From contig JAIUOC010000003.1 in NCBI GenBank assembly GCA_020161265.1, positions 107,024 to 171,023 of the forward strand: a stretch of 64,000 bases of DNA. Direction: 5' to 3'. Position 1 is the stretch's first letter. Every line of letters starts with the position of its first letter. This DNA is from Chloroflexota bacterium. Lineage in GTDB: Bacteria > Chloroflexota > Chloroflexia > Chloroflexales > Herpetosiphonaceae. Below, in pieces: positions 1 through 10,785 of the stretch. Both the position numbers and the translations under genes were made by a program. A model generated the notes under the pieces. It was not told the DNA's origin. It worked only from the letters and a program-made list of their open reading frames with translations, and ran no database searches.

Positions 1-1
1 C

Positions 2-787
<786 letters not shown>

Positions 788-856
788 ACTTCGGTTGCGA
801 TCCATTGCTCTCGCGGTAGTTCCCAATGACGTGAACTACCGCCTCTCTATCGCACG

Positions 857-1561
857 GTGCTAACCATGGCTCGACCTGCTGCTAGCAATCCTTTCTTTCG
901 CACATGGTCACCAACCATGGCCTATGTTCTAGGCTATTGGTGGGCTGATGGATATATGCGGATCAAATCAAACACTGGCGCTCATGAAATACAGATTGCC
1001 AGCAATGATCTTGATCATTTGCAACAACTAGCTGATTCAATCGGCACAAAATACTACTTGCGCAAAGTTCGCCAAGATGGACAAACCTTCACCGTCGAAT
1101 TTTGCAGCAAGGAAATGTATACCGATTTGTTAGCATTAGGCGGTACTCCGCGTAAATCACGCACGATCGGGATGCCTGATGTGCCAGATGAATATCTTCG
1201 TGATTTTGTTCGTGGAGTAATTGATGGTGATGGTACTGTTGGCTGGAATGGAGATCGGCCAATCGTGCATCTCTATTCGGGATCAACCTTGTTTTTAGGT
1301 GGATTTACCCAACGTATCGAATCATTGACTGGAATTCCAGCACCGAATTTAATTGCTAATCGCAATAATTATTACATCAAGTGGAGCACAATTCGTGCAA
1401 AGTGTTTAGCAATGTGGCTGTATCGTAACAATAATGGCCTGATGCTAGCACGTAAGGCTGCGATCGCGCAGCAATTTGAGCAATGGCAACCAAAGAAGTC
1501 GCCTGAGCGGGGAACAATTACCGAGAAGATGCGCTTGCATTTTGCAAACTATCTTCCTTAA
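857..1561 (+). CDS. Free-standing double-motif LAGLIDADG homing endonuclease (ATG at 866; GTG at 857 also possible)
   Basis: Two LAGLIDADG-type motifs ([10 protein letters not shown] and [11 protein letters not shown]); ORF fills the rpoB-rpoC spacer; not in frame with rpoB (stop at 787). Confidence 0.75.
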   Translation: MLTMARPAASNPFFRTWSPTMAYVLGYWWADGYMRIKSNTGAHEIQIASNDLDHLQQLADSIGTKYYLRKVRQDGQTFTVEFCSKEMYTDLLALGGTPRKSRTIGMPDVPDEYLRDFVRGVIDGDGTVGWNGDRPIVHLYSGSTLFLGGFTQRIESLTGIPAPNLIANRNNYYIKWSTIRAKCLAMWLYRNNNGLMLARKAAIAQQFEQWQPKKSPERGTITEKMRLHFANYLP

Positions 1562-1578
1562 CCGAGGAGCGTTCAACC

Positions 1579-4500
1579 ATGCTCGAAATCAATGAATTCA
1601 ATGCAATTCGTATCAGTCTCGCTTCACCAGAAGATATCCTGAGCTGGTCGCACGGTGAAGTAACTAAACCCGAGACGATTAATTATAGAACTCTGCGTCC
1701 TGAACGAGATGGCTTGTTCTGTGAAAAAATCTTCGGACCTACGCGCGATTGGGAGTGCTATTGTGGCAAATACAAACGTGTGCGTTATAAAGGCATTGTG
1801 TGCGATAAATGTGGCGTAGAAGTCACCCGATCCAAAGTGCGACGTGATCGCATGGGTCATATCAAACTTGCCTCGCCTGTATCGCATATTTGGTTTGTTA
1901 AAGGCACACCATCGCGTTTGGGTTTACTTTTAGATATCTCACCACGTAATCTTGAGCGGGTGCTTTATTTTGCCTCGTATATTATCACCGATGTCGATGA
2001 TCTGGCATTGGGCAATGTACGTGAGCAAATGAAGACCGACTTTGGCGTGCGGCGCAAGGATCTCGAAGAAAAAATTATCGAACAACGTGGCGAAAAGGCA
2101 ACCCGTTTAAGCAAAGACCTTGCGGCGATGGATAATGCCATGGAAGGCACGTTGGAGCGAACGCATGAACAATTTGCCCGCCAACGCCAAGAAATCGAAG
2201 ATGAAGCCAATGCCTTGCGTGAACATCTCGAAGAACTGATCGGCATCGACGCACTAGCCGATGAAGATATTGTTTATCGTGGTACGGTGTTGCTCGAAGA
2301 AAACGAGCCAGTGCGTGAACGCACATTGGAACAACTCGAACAACTGATCGATCAAGAGCGCGAAAAGCTCGAACAACGCCGCGAATACGAGATTGAAAAC
2401 GTGCGTTTGTTGGCTGACGGCGAGCGTGATCAACGCCAATCGGTGGCCGATGCTGAGCAAGAACGGCTGACCACGGCCTTGATCAAACAGCTTGAAGATC
2501 TCAACAAAGAAGAAAAAGACAAGCTTGATCGCTTGGATGATATTCAGTTGCACCGGATTATTTCGGAAAACGAATATCGGATTCTGCGTGATCTAGCGCC
2601 CTACACCTTCAAGGCCGATATGGGTGCTGGCGCGGTGCGCGACATCGTATCGATGGTTGATCTCGACGAATTGTCGAATCAAATGCAAGCCGAAGTGCAA
2701 AGCTCATCGGGCCAACGCCGCAAAAAAGCCACCAAACGGCTGCGCGTGGTTGAAGCATTCCGCAAGAGCGGCAATCGTCCTGAATGGATGATTATGACCG
2801 TCTTGCCAGTGATTCCACCAGATTTGCGCCCGATGGTCCAGCTTGATGGCGGTCGGTTTGCGACCTCCGACTTGAACGACCTGTATCGACGGGTGATCAA
2901 TCGCAACAACCGGCTCAAGCGCTTGATGGAGTTGAACGCTCCTGAAATCATCGTGCGCAACGAAAAACGTATGTTGCAAGAAGCGGTTGATGCCTTGATC
3001 GACAACGGTCGCCGTGGCCGCCCAGTCAGTGGCAAGGGCAAGCATCGCCTTAAGAGCCTGAGCGATATGCTCAAAGGCAAGCAAGGCCGCTTCCGCCAAA
3101 ACCTCTTGGGTAAGCGGGTTGACTACTCAGGCCGTTCGGTGATTGTGGTCGGACCAACCCTGCAATTGCACCAATGTGGTTTGCCCAAGAAAATGGCCTT
3201 GGAATTGTTCAAGCCATTCGTCATGCGCCGCTTGGTCGATAAAGGCTTTGCCCACAACATCAAATCAGCCAAGCGCTTCGTTGAGCGGGTTCGCCCCGAA
3301 GTGTGGGATGTGCTCGAAGAAGTCATCAAAGACTACTTGGTATTGCTGAACCGTGCGCCTTCGCTGCACCGTTTGTCGATTCAAGCCTTTGAAGCCAAGC
3401 TGATCGAAGGCTCGGCGATTCAATTGCACCCCTTGGTGTGTGCCGCATTCAACGCCGACTTTGACGGCGACCAAATGGCTGTGCACGTACCATTGTCGCG
3501 CAAAGCCCAAGAAGAAGCTCGTCGCCGCATGATTTCAACCTACAACTTGTTGTCACCAGCCACTGGCGACCCAATTATTACGCCATCGCAAGACATCGTG
3601 TTGGGTTGTTTCTACCTGACCCAAGTTCGGCCTGGGGCTAAGGGTGGCGGCAAACGCTTTGGTTCAATCGACGAAGCCTTGTTGGCCTACACCAACGGCA
3701 TTGTGCATATTCAAGCACCTGTTTGGATTGTGATCGAAGATTACATTCTGCCCGGTAGCGATTTGCGCGATAAACCACTACCATCGTTGGATGGCGTTAC
3801 GCCACGGGTTTTGATTGAAACCAGCGTTGGGCGGATCATCTTCAACAATGCGTTGCGCTACCAAGGCGAGCCAAAAGCTGGTGAAAACGGCTATCGCTCA
3901 CCATTGCACTATCGCAACTTCTTGGTTGGTAAATCGGGCTTGAAAGCCTTGATCGCCGACTGCTATCGCTTCCACTCACAGCGCGAGAATATCATTGCTG
4001 AAGTGTATCAAGAATTAATTGAGCGCTTCGGCCCTGAGACCTCGGAAGAATCGCTGTTGCGTTTCTATGCCTCAGAACGGACGGCGCGTTTGGCCGACCG
4101 AATCAAGGCGTTGGGCTTCAAGCACGCCACCTTGGGCGGGATGACCTTCTCGGCTTCGGACGTAGAAGTGCCCGATACCAAAGATGCAATTGTGCAAGAA
4201 ACCTACAAGAAAGTGCAAGACATCGAAAAGATGCAACGCCGTGGTTTGATTACCGACGACGAGCGCTATCGTGAAGTGGTTACGGCCTGGCTTGATGCTA
4301 CCAACAAAATCAAAACCGAAGTCCAACGGACGTTGAATCCATTCGGGCCAGTCTCGATGATGTCAACCTCGGGTGCGCGTGGTAACGTCGAGCAAATTCG
4401 CCAGATGGCTGGGATGCGGGGTTTGACCACCGACCCAACTGGACGGATTATCGAATTGCCGATTACCGCCAACTTCCGCGAAGGCTTGAGCGTTATCGAA

Positions 4501-6210
4501 TACTTCATCTCGACCCACGGTGGTCGTAAAGGTTTGGCTGATACCGCCTTGCGGACAGCCGACGCTGGTTACTTGACCCGCCGTTTGGTGGACGTAGCCC
4601 AAGATGTGATCGTGACGATCGAAGATTGTGGCACAACCGAAGGCATGTGGATTCGCACCAGCCGCGATATTTTGGCCTCGGTCGAAGATCGGATCGTTGG
4701 CCGCGTGACGGTGGCTCCGGTCACTAATCCCGTGACTGGTGAAGTCATTTTCGATACCGATAGCGAAATCTTAGAAGACGATGGCAAGCACATTGCGAAT
4801 GTGCTGAAATCGTTGGACAAAGAGGCTCAAGCTGAATTTGGCATTTATGTCCGTTCGGTACTGACCTGTAACGCCGATTATGGCATTTGTCGCAAGTGCT
4901 ATGGCCGCAACCTTGCCACTGGCAAGATGGTCGAAATTGGCGAAGCTGTCGGGATTATCGCGGCGCAATCGATTGGTGAGCCAGGGACGCAGCTGACTCT
5001 GCGGACGTTCCACACTGGTGGTGTGGCAACTGATACCGACATCACCCAAGGTTTGCCACGGGTGCAAGAAATCTTCGAAGCACGGATTCCGAAAGGGAAA
5101 GCGGTGCTGGCCCAGATTGCTGGCCGTGTCCAGATTGTGCGCGAAGAAGAAGGCATTCGACGCTTGCGAATCGTCTCTGAGGAAGTTTATACCGACGAGC
5201 AAATGTTGCCCAAAGATTACCGTGTGGTGGTCAAAAATGGTGATGCAGTCGAAATTGGCAACCTCTTGGCCGAAAGCAATGTCGATGGCGATGGTCGTGC
5301 GCCATTGGTCGCAGGCCTAGCTGGCAACGTCTATGTTGACGATGATCGTTTGGTAATTCAAGCCAAAGATATCGAAGAACATGAAGAAGTGATTGCCCAC
5401 GCTGCTCGTTTGCGGGTCAAAGATGGCGATTTGGTGCAAGTGGGCCAACAAATGACCGAAGGCTCGTCTGACCCTCAAGAAATGCTGCAATTGCGTGGTC
5501 GCGAAGCAGTTCAAGAATACCTGACCAACGAAGCCCAAAAGGTCTATCGTTCGCAAGGTGTGGGGATCAACGATAAGCACATCGAAGTGATTGTGCGCCA
5601 AATGTTGCGGCGGGTACGCATCGAAGAGCCAGGCGATACTGAACTCTTGCCAGGCGAATTAGTCGAACTCAACGAACTCAATCGGATCAATGCTTCGATT
5701 GTGAGCCAAGGTGGTGACCCAGCGTTGGCAGTGCCAGTCTTGTTGGGGATTACCAAGGCCTCGTTGTCAACCGACTCGTTCTTGTCGGCGGCCTCGTTCC
5801 AAGAAACCACGCGCGTGTTGACCGAAGCTGCCGTCAATGGCAAGATCGACTACCTGCGTGGCTTGAAAGAAAATGTGGTTATCGGCAAGCTGATTCCAGC
5901 TGGTACGGGGATGGAGCAACGGCGCAAATTGGCTGAAGAAGCCGCCTTGCGGGTTGCCCAAATCACCAGCGCTCCAGTTGATCGCGAAACACCTGCGGCA
6001 ACACCAGCGCCAGCGGTGATGAGCGAACCCAAGCCCGCGCCACCACGCTCATTCGACGAAGCCTTGAATGCTGTCACCAACATCGACAGTGGTAATGGGC
6101 CAAAGGATGACTTGTTTGCTCAAGCTATGGCTCGCTTGCAAGCTGAAGAAGGTCGCAAACCTACCCTGAGCGAACTCTTAGGCACTGACGAAGACGAAGA
6201 AAACGTCTAA
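1579..6210 (+). CDS. rpoC: DNA-directed RNA polymerase beta-prime subunit (1543 aa) with a lineage-specific coiled-coil insertion
   Basis: Zn-finger CxxC..CxxC near N-terminus, NADFDGD catalytic motif, bridge-helix and trigger-loop regions; RBS GAGGAG upstream of the ATG. Confidence 0.97.
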   Translation: MLEINEFNAIRISLASPEDILSWSHGEVTKPETINYRTLRPERDGLFCEKIFGPTRDWECYCGKYKRVRYKGIVCDKCGVEVTRSKVRRDRMGHIKLASPVSHIWFVKGTPSRLGLLLDISPRNLERVLYFASYIITDVDDLALGNVREQMKTDFGVRRKDLEEKIIEQRGEKATRLSKDLAAMDNAMEGTLERTHEQFARQRQEIEDEANALREHLEELIGIDALADEDIVYRGTVLLEENEPVRERTLEQLEQLIDQEREKLEQRREYEIENVRLLADGERDQRQSVADAEQERLTTALIKQLEDLNKEEKDKLDRLDDIQLHRIISENEYRILRDLAPYTFKADMGAGAVRDIVSMVDLDELSNQMQAEVQSSSGQRRKKATKRLRVVEAFRKSGNRPEWMIMTVLPVIPPDLRPMVQLDGGRFATSDLNDLYRRVINRNNRLKRLMELNAPEIIVRNEKRMLQEAVDALIDNGRRGRPVSGKGKHRLKSLSDMLKGKQGRFRQNLLGKRVDYSGRSVIVVGPTLQLHQCGLPKKMALELFKPFVMRRLVDKGFAHNIKSAKRFVERVRPEVWDVLEEVIKDYLVLLNRAPSLHRLSIQAFEAKLIEGSAIQLHPLVCAAFNADFDGDQMAVHVPLSRKAQEEARRRMISTYNLLSPATGDPIITPSQDIVLGCFYLTQVRPGAKGGGKRFGSIDEALLAYTNGIVHIQAPVWIVIEDYILPGSDLRDKPLPSLDGVTPRVLIETSVGRIIFNNALRYQGEPKAGENGYRSPLHYRNFLVGKSGLKALIADCYRFHSQRENIIAEVYQELIERFGPETSEESLLRFYASERTARLADRIKALGFKHATLGGMTFSASDVEVPDTKDAIVQETYKKVQDIEKMQRRGLITDDERYREVVTAWLDATNKIKTEVQRTLNPFGPVSMMSTSGARGNVEQIRQMAGMRGLTTDPTGRIIELPITANFREGLSVIEYFISTHGGRKGLADTALRTADAGYLTRRLVDVAQDVIVTIEDCGTTEGMWIRTSRDILASVEDRIVGRVTVAPVTNPVTGEVIFDTDSEILEDDGKHIANVLKSLDKEAQAEFGIYVRSVLTCNADYGICRKCYGRNLATGKMVEIGEAVGIIAAQSIGEPGTQLTLRTFHTGGVATDTDITQGLPRVQEIFEARIPKGKAVLAQIAGRVQIVREEEGIRRLRIVSEEVYTDEQMLPKDYRVVVKNGDAVEIGNLLAESNVDGDGRAPLVAGLAGNVYVDDDRLVIQAKDIEEHEEVIAHAARLRVKDGDLVQVGQQMTEGSSDPQEMLQLRGREAVQEYLTNEAQKVYRSQGVGINDKHIEVIVRQMLRRVRIEEPGDTELLPGELVELNELNRINASIVSQGGDPALAVPVLLGITKASLSTDSFLSAASFQETTRVLTEAAVNGKIDYLRGLKENVVIGKLIPAGTGMEQRRKLAEEAALRVAQITSAPVDRETPAATPAPAVMSEPKPAPPRSFDEALNAVTNIDSGNGPKDDLFAQAMARLQAEEGRKPTLSELLGTDEDEENV

Positions 6211-6235
6211 GCAATAGCCCAAAAGTTCAATCAAC

Positions 6236-6271
6236 AAAACACCGTTGGAGTCATTCCAACGGTGTTTTTGT
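6236..6271 (+). terminator. Intrinsic terminator after rpoC
   Basis: 14-bp perfect stem AAAACACCGTTGGA / TCCAACGGTGTTTT followed by TTTTTG. Confidence 0.7.
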
Positions 6272-6366
6272 GCTATTCCCCCAACCAGCGATCGCCTAGT
6301 ACACTAAAACCCTTGCTAGCTAGCTGCGTACCTAGCGCACAGCAATGCAGCGAAAGGAGCCAGAGC

Positions 6367-7179
6367 ATGTTTGATTCATGGCGCAGTTTAGGCTTTCATC
6401 TAGCGGCAGGGTTCTACAATAGCGTTTTATGCGTGATTATCGGCGGAATTCTGGGGTTTCTTACGCCGCCGCCATGGTCATTTGCGCTGCTTGGCATTGC
6501 TTGGCTGGGCATTAGCGCTTATTGGGCTGGCTATGGCGATGGTCGTATTAGCAATGGTTTTGCAGGCATGATCATCATCTGGCATGTGGTTATTTTGATG
6601 TTTGCAGGTATGGGCTGGCGCTATATGCGCTACACTGCTGGCAAAGAAACTATCAACAACGTTACTGCTGCCGAAATTCCCTATTATCCAAATGCAGCAA
6701 TTTTTTACTTGAATGATGCTGTGGTACAAACCAACTATGCCACAGTCCACAAAGTTGCCAGCAAAGATCGCAAAAGCTCACGCATTACGTATAGCTACTA
6801 CAGCCTTGCGCCACTGACCAATAGCGATTGGCAATATGGTGATCCGGTGCCTGCTTGGGCCGCTTGCAATGCCGATTACAACATCGCTTGCTACGATTGG
6901 GATGAGCCGATTACCAATGGTGCGTTGCCCGAAGAACTGTACCTCGATAAATACACCGTTGCCAAACTTACCAATCTTGCCACATATGATTATGCAGAGC
7001 TAAACAATGCTCCAATGCTAGAAGTTGGCGCAGGCTCAAATAGCTTTAATACCGCTAAACGCTGGCAATGGCTGTTTGTATGGGTCATCATGGTTTTGGT
7101 CTGGGCCGTGCCAATTGTGCTGATCGGCTGTGTGCGGTTTACCTGGCGTTGGTTGCGCAATTCAATAAGGAGTCTTTGA
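6367..7179 (+). CDS. Hypothetical integral membrane protein (paralog A of a tandem pair)
   Basis: ORF with RBS AAAGGAG before ATG 6367; several TM helices; shares PLT(N/S)xDWQ...PVPAWAxC block with the next gene. Confidence 0.6.
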   Translation: MFDSWRSLGFHLAAGFYNSVLCVIIGGILGFLTPPPWSFALLGIAWLGISAYWAGYGDGRISNGFAGMIIIWHVVILMFAGMGWRYMRYTAGKETINNVTAAEIPYYPNAAIFYLNDAVVQTNYATVHKVASKDRKSSRITYSYYSLAPLTNSDWQYGDPVPAWAACNADYNIACYDWDEPITNGALPEELYLDKYTVAKLTNLATYDYAELNNAPMLEVGAGSNSFNTAKRWQWLFVWVIMVLVWAVPIVLIGCVRFTWRWLRNSIRSL

Positions 7180-7997
7180 TGATCAATCAATGGTTAAACT
7201 TTGGGCGCACGTTGATAGTAGGGATACTGTTTGGTTTGTGGTGTGCGGTTCTGGGTGGGGCAATTGGTTTTTGGCTGGGCGAGTCAGCGTCCTATCTACT
7301 CGGTGTTATTGCTGGAATCGCCAGTATTTTCCTGTTTGTTCGCCTCAGCCATCGCTGGATCAACCATGCGCTATTGGGCGTGATCTGTTTGTTGAATATT
7401 GGCACGCTGATTGGCACAGCGATTGGTACAAGTAGCGAACGCCTGTATTATGGTCAAGTTCAAATTGACAACATTCGGGCTGAGCAAATTAGCCAACATC
7501 CCGAAACCATGATCTTCACGTTGGAGCAAGCAGTTGTGCAACGTGAATATGGTGTAACCTTTGCTTACACTACCAGCGATGCTCGCCGCTCAAGCACAAC
7601 CTCACATGCGATTAGCGTTGCGCCGCTGACTAGCCCCGATTGGCAGCCCGACCAGCCAGTTCCAGCATGGGCCGTCTGTGGCGGCTATTTCGAATATGAA
7701 TGTGAAGAGTGGAAGCAACCAATCAAGGCAGCGCTGATCTCAAAACCAACCAATCAAAATCCACAACAAACCGCGATCAGCAAAAACCTTGATACCCATG
7801 GCTATAGCGCAATCGAAAATGCCCCGCGTCTGTACGTTGGCAGCAGCGTTGAGAGCTTGATGGCCGACCACCGCTTTATTTGGCGGTCTACATGGTTGTT
7901 CGTTAATGGGATATGGGCTGTGCCATTTTTCATCTTTGTGGGAGCCGAGCTGATTTGGAATACGCTTAAGCAAATGTTTACAAAAAAGCCAAGCTAG
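7179..7997 (+). CDS. Hypothetical integral membrane protein (paralog B of a tandem pair)
   Basis: RBS AAGGAG 7 nt before ATG 7179 (MINQWLNF...); TM-rich N-terminus; conserved block PLTSPDWQPDQPVPAWAVCGG shared with upstream gene. Confidence 0.6.
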   Translation: MINQWLNFGRTLIVGILFGLWCAVLGGAIGFWLGESASYLLGVIAGIASIFLFVRLSHRWINHALLGVICLLNIGTLIGTAIGTSSERLYYGQVQIDNIRAEQISQHPETMIFTLEQAVVQREYGVTFAYTTSDARRSSTTSHAISVAPLTSPDWQPDQPVPAWAVCGGYFEYECEEWKQPIKAALISKPTNQNPQQTAISKNLDTHGYSAIENAPRLYVGSSVESLMADHRFIWRSTWLFVNGIWAVPFFIFVGAELIWNTLKQMFTKKPS

Positions 7998-8025
7998 CAT
8001 TGGCAATAGCTTGGCTAATTTTGAA

Positions 8026-8406
8026 TTAACGAATTGGTTCAACGATTACGGCACTACCATAGGCCAGCACTTCAGTTACGCCAGTGCTAATTTCGGTGGC
8101 ATCGTAGCGCATCGCAATAATCGCGTTTGCGCCAATTTCGGCGGCATGCAACGACATAATTTCGAACGCTTCCATGCGAGCTTGCTCACACAGCTTCGAC
8201 CAAATGGTGATATTGCCGCCAACGAGGGTTTGAAATGATGCGCCAATTGTGCCAAAAACCGAGCGCGAACGTACCACAATGCCCCGTACAATCCCCCGAT
8301 TTTGCACAACTCGGAAGCCTGGCAAATCGAAGGTTGCTGAGATCATCCATGGTGGCACGATTTGAACTGGTGGTGGTTGAAGTGGTTGCGGTGCTTGGGG
8401 TTGCAT
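8026..8406 (-). CDS. YbjQ/UPF0145 (DUF74) family protein with Pro/Gln-rich N-terminal extension
   Basis: Core matches YbjQ-like fold (GIVRGIVVRSRS...GGNAIIAMRYD); AGGAG RBS before the ATG at 8406; 2-nt gap to gmhB stop. Confidence 0.7.
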   Translation of the reverse strand: MQPQAPQPLQPPPVQIVPPWMISATFDLPGFRVVQNRGIVRGIVVRSRSVFGTIGASFQTLVGGNITIWSKLCEQARMEAFEIMSLHAAEIGANAIIAMRYDATEISTGVTEVLAYGSAVIVEPIR

Positions 8407-8408
8407 AC

Positions 8409-8948
8409 TTACTCCTGCACAATCAAATCGACAGCAGCATTAAGATTTGCGACCAGCATAGCATGCTCAGGCAAATCGTGTTGATGCTGTGCGCCGTAGC
8501 CAGTAGCTACCATAATTGCGGGTACGCCCAAATTGATGCCTGCTTGCACATCGAGCAGCTTATCGCCAATCATCCACGAACGGCTGAGATCGATCGCGAA
8601 TTCGGCTTGGGCTTGCTCGAACATGGCCAAATTAGGCTTGCGACAAGCACAATCGCCAGTTACCTCAGGATGATGTGGGCAATAATACCAAGCATCAACA
8701 TGGGCATTAAAGGGCTGTAACAACTCGCTAATTCGCTGATGTACCAAATGCATATCATCAGCGCGATAATAACCCCGAGCAATTCCTGATTGATTCGTCA
8801 CGACCAACACCAAAAATCCAGCGTGATTCAAACGAGCGATTGCTTGACCGACAGTTTGCTCAAGCTGAACTAATTCGGGCTGATGCAGATAATTAACTTC
8901 AACATTGATCGTACCATCACGATCAATAAACACGGCTGGTTGGCTCAT
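8409..8948 (-). CDS. gmhB: D-glycero-D-manno-heptose 1,7-bisphosphate phosphatase (HAD-IIIA)
   Basis: FIDRDGTIN HAD motif I, VVTNQSG, MIGDK; GmhB-specific Zn site C-x-H-x(n)-C-x-C (YCPHHP...CACRKP). Confidence 0.85.
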   Translation of the reverse strand: MSQPAVFIDRDGTINVEVNYLHQPELVQLEQTVGQAIARLNHAGFLVLVVTNQSGIARGYYRADDMHLVHQRISELLQPFNAHVDAWYYCPHHPEVTGDCACRKPNLAMFEQAQAEFAIDLSRSWMIGDKLLDVQAGINLGVPAIMVATGYGAQHQHDLPEHAMLVANLNAAVDLIVQE

Positions 8949-8983
8949 TGTTCTATCTCAACTATAAAAATTTAATTAAAAAA

Positions 8984-9008
8984 CGCAGAGATCATCATAA
9001 TCTCTGCG
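8984..9008 (-). terminator. Hairpin with T-run on minus strand between gmhA and gmhB (terminator or attenuator)
   Basis: CGCAGAGAT...ATCTCTGCG stem; minus-strand sequence continues TTTTTTAATTAAATTTTT. Confidence 0.45.
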
Positions 9009-9029
9009 CCATTGCGTCGATCAAGCTCG

Positions 9030-9659
9030 TTATTTGGCAAACAAAGCTTGTTCAGTCAGGTCGCATAGCAAATGGCCGACGACCATCGAAATTTCTTGTA
9101 CCAAATAGGGCAACTTGAATGGCACAACCAGGGCATGATCGCATAACGGCAAAATCTTGCCACCATCGCCACCAAGCAAGGCCAGAACGGGGTTGCCCAA
9201 CTCTCGCGCAACTTCGGCAGCCTTGATCACATTGACCGAATTGCCGCTGGTGGTCAGACACACCAAGACATCGCCTGGGTTCATATGGGCTTTGACTTGG
9301 CGCGAAAACACCTGATCATAGCCATAATCGTTGCCCACAGCGGTTAAGGTTGAAGTATCGGTATGCAAGGCCAAGGCCGGAATTGGGCGGCGATCGATCA
9401 AATAGCGCCCGACAAATTCGGCGGCCAAGTGTTGAGCATCGGCGGCACTGCCACCATTGCCACAAAAAATAGCCTTGTGGCCCTGTTGATAACATTCGAT
9501 CAACACATTGGCCATGGTATTAATCGTTGCTGATTGTTCGGCCAAGACGCGCTCGGCCATCGCAATATGTTCACGAAAACTTTTTTCAATATAGGCGCTG
9601 TAATCAGCCACGGAAGCGACTCCTTTGATTTTAAAGCTCAAATACGCCAAGCATACCAC
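9030..9659 (-). CDS. gmhA: Phosphoheptose isomerase (SIS domain); exact start uncertain
   Basis: SIS-domain motifs CGNGGSAADAQHLAAE, GNDYGYDQVFSRQV, TTSGNS; ~190-aa core aligns with GmhA. Confidence 0.85.
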   Translation of the reverse strand: MVCLAYLSFKIKGVASVADYSAYIEKSFREHIAMAERVLAEQSATINTMANVLIECYQQGHKAIFCGNGGSAADAQHLAAEFVGRYLIDRRPIPALALHTDTSTLTAVGNDYGYDQVFSRQVKAHMNPGDVLVCLTTSGNSVNVIKAAEVARELGNPVLALLGGDGGKILPLCDHALVVPFKLPYLVQEISMVVGHLLCDLTEQALFAK

Positions 9660-9700
9660 AAAACCTTGCGTGGCGCAGATTAATCCAAATCAGCGATGGA

Positions 9701-10774
9701 TTAGAACGAACGGGCAATTAAACAAATCCCAACCAAAGCACAAATGAAAAAAATCATCGCGAACAGAAAGAAATATTCAACTGAGCTATCTAGTCCAGTT
9801 TTTTCTTGATAGGTGATCTGTTGGGGCGGCACTTGCGGTTGTAAGATTTGCTGGGCTGATAGTGCAGGCTTGGTCGCTGTCGGCAAGACAATTGTTGCAA
9901 CTGCTGGCCGTTGGACGATTGTTGGTTGGCCGGCGCTGCTCATCAGGCTTGGCTGATTGTAAAAACTTTGTTGCAATTGCTGGATACATTGATCGATACT
10001 GGCTGGCCGTTCATTCGCAGCCAAGGCCATTGCTTGGGCTAAAACTGCTGCCATTGCAGGCGAAACCGCTGGATTTAAATTAACTGGATTGACCAACGGA
10101 TCAGGCTGACCATTAATCAAACTGCTAGCGCGAGTAAGCGCATCGGCTGGCTCGCAATTGGTCAACAAATGATAGAGGGTTGCGGCAAAACTATAGATAT
10201 CGCTGCGCTGATTGACTGGGCTGGTGGCCTGAATTTGCTCTAAGGCAGCGTAAGCCAAGGTATAAGCCACGACACTCTGGTTTGAGGAAGCCCATTGTTT
10301 GGCCAAGCCAAAATCGACCAAGATCAATTGGCCTTCGGGGGTGCGAATAATATTTTGTGGCTTAATATCGCGATGAATGACAGGTGGCGTTTGATGATGC
10401 AAATAGCTGAGCGCTGGAGCCAGTGCCTTGGCCCACGCTAGCACCACATCTGGCTCAAAGGCAGCGCCACGTTGGGCTAGTAGCTGATCAAGATTCTCGC
10501 CCTCGATCAAATCCATGATCAAAAAGGCGGCATCGCCAACCCGCTGCAAATCGTAAACCCGTGGCAATGATGGATGGCGCAAACGAGCCAAAATTTGAGC
10601 TTCACGCTGCAAATTAGTTTGAAACGTGGCATCTTGACCACGAAAATACTTAATTGCGACCTGATGATTAAGCTGTTGATCGAAGGCGGCATAGACCGTG
10701 CCCATACCACCTTGACCAATCAAACGCAAAATTTGATAGCGCCCAAGTAAAACTGAACCAACCCCTAAACTCAT
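9701..10774 (-). CDS. Ser/Thr protein kinase, tail-anchored (C-terminal TM helix)
   Basis: GQGGMGTVY glycine loop, VAIK, HRDIKPQN catalytic loop, DFGLAK, APE-like; Pro/Gln-rich linker then C-terminal hydrophobic helix. Confidence 0.9.
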   Translation of the reverse strand: MSLGVGSVLLGRYQILRLIGQGGMGTVYAAFDQQLNHQVAIKYFRGQDATFQTNLQREAQILARLRHPSLPRVYDLQRVGDAAFLIMDLIEGENLDQLLAQRGAAFEPDVVLAWAKALAPALSYLHHQTPPVIHRDIKPQNIIRTPEGQLILVDFGLAKQWASSNQSVVAYTLAYAALEQIQATSPVNQRSDIYSFAATLYHLLTNCEPADALTRASSLINGQPDPLVNPVNLNPAVSPAMAAVLAQAMALAANERPASIDQCIQQLQQSFYNQPSLMSSAGQPTIVQRPAVATIVLPTATKPALSAQQILQPQVPPQQITYQEKTGLDSSVEYFFLFAMIFFICALVGICLIARSF

Positions 10775-10785
10775 ACGCTCTCCCT

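Noticed and set aside
857-1561. Possible intein or group I intron-encoded endonuclease in rpoB or rpoC
   Set aside because: rpoB ends with an in-frame stop at 785-787 and rpoC starts with its own RBS and ATG at 1579. The ORF is in a different frame and the flanking protein sequences are complete, so it is free-standing, not an intein or intron ORF.
1624-6083. Many 60-145-aa antisense or out-of-frame ORFs inside rpoC (e.g. 2254-2553, 2679-3099, 4771-5202)
   Set aside because: They lie entirely within the strongly supported rpoC reading frame, lack RBSs, and have biased low-complexity composition typical of shadow ORFs in a GC-balanced genome.
8235-8720. 161-aa ORF on plus strand
   Set aside because: Completely antisense to the well-supported gmhB/ybjQ genes; no RBS; shadow ORF.
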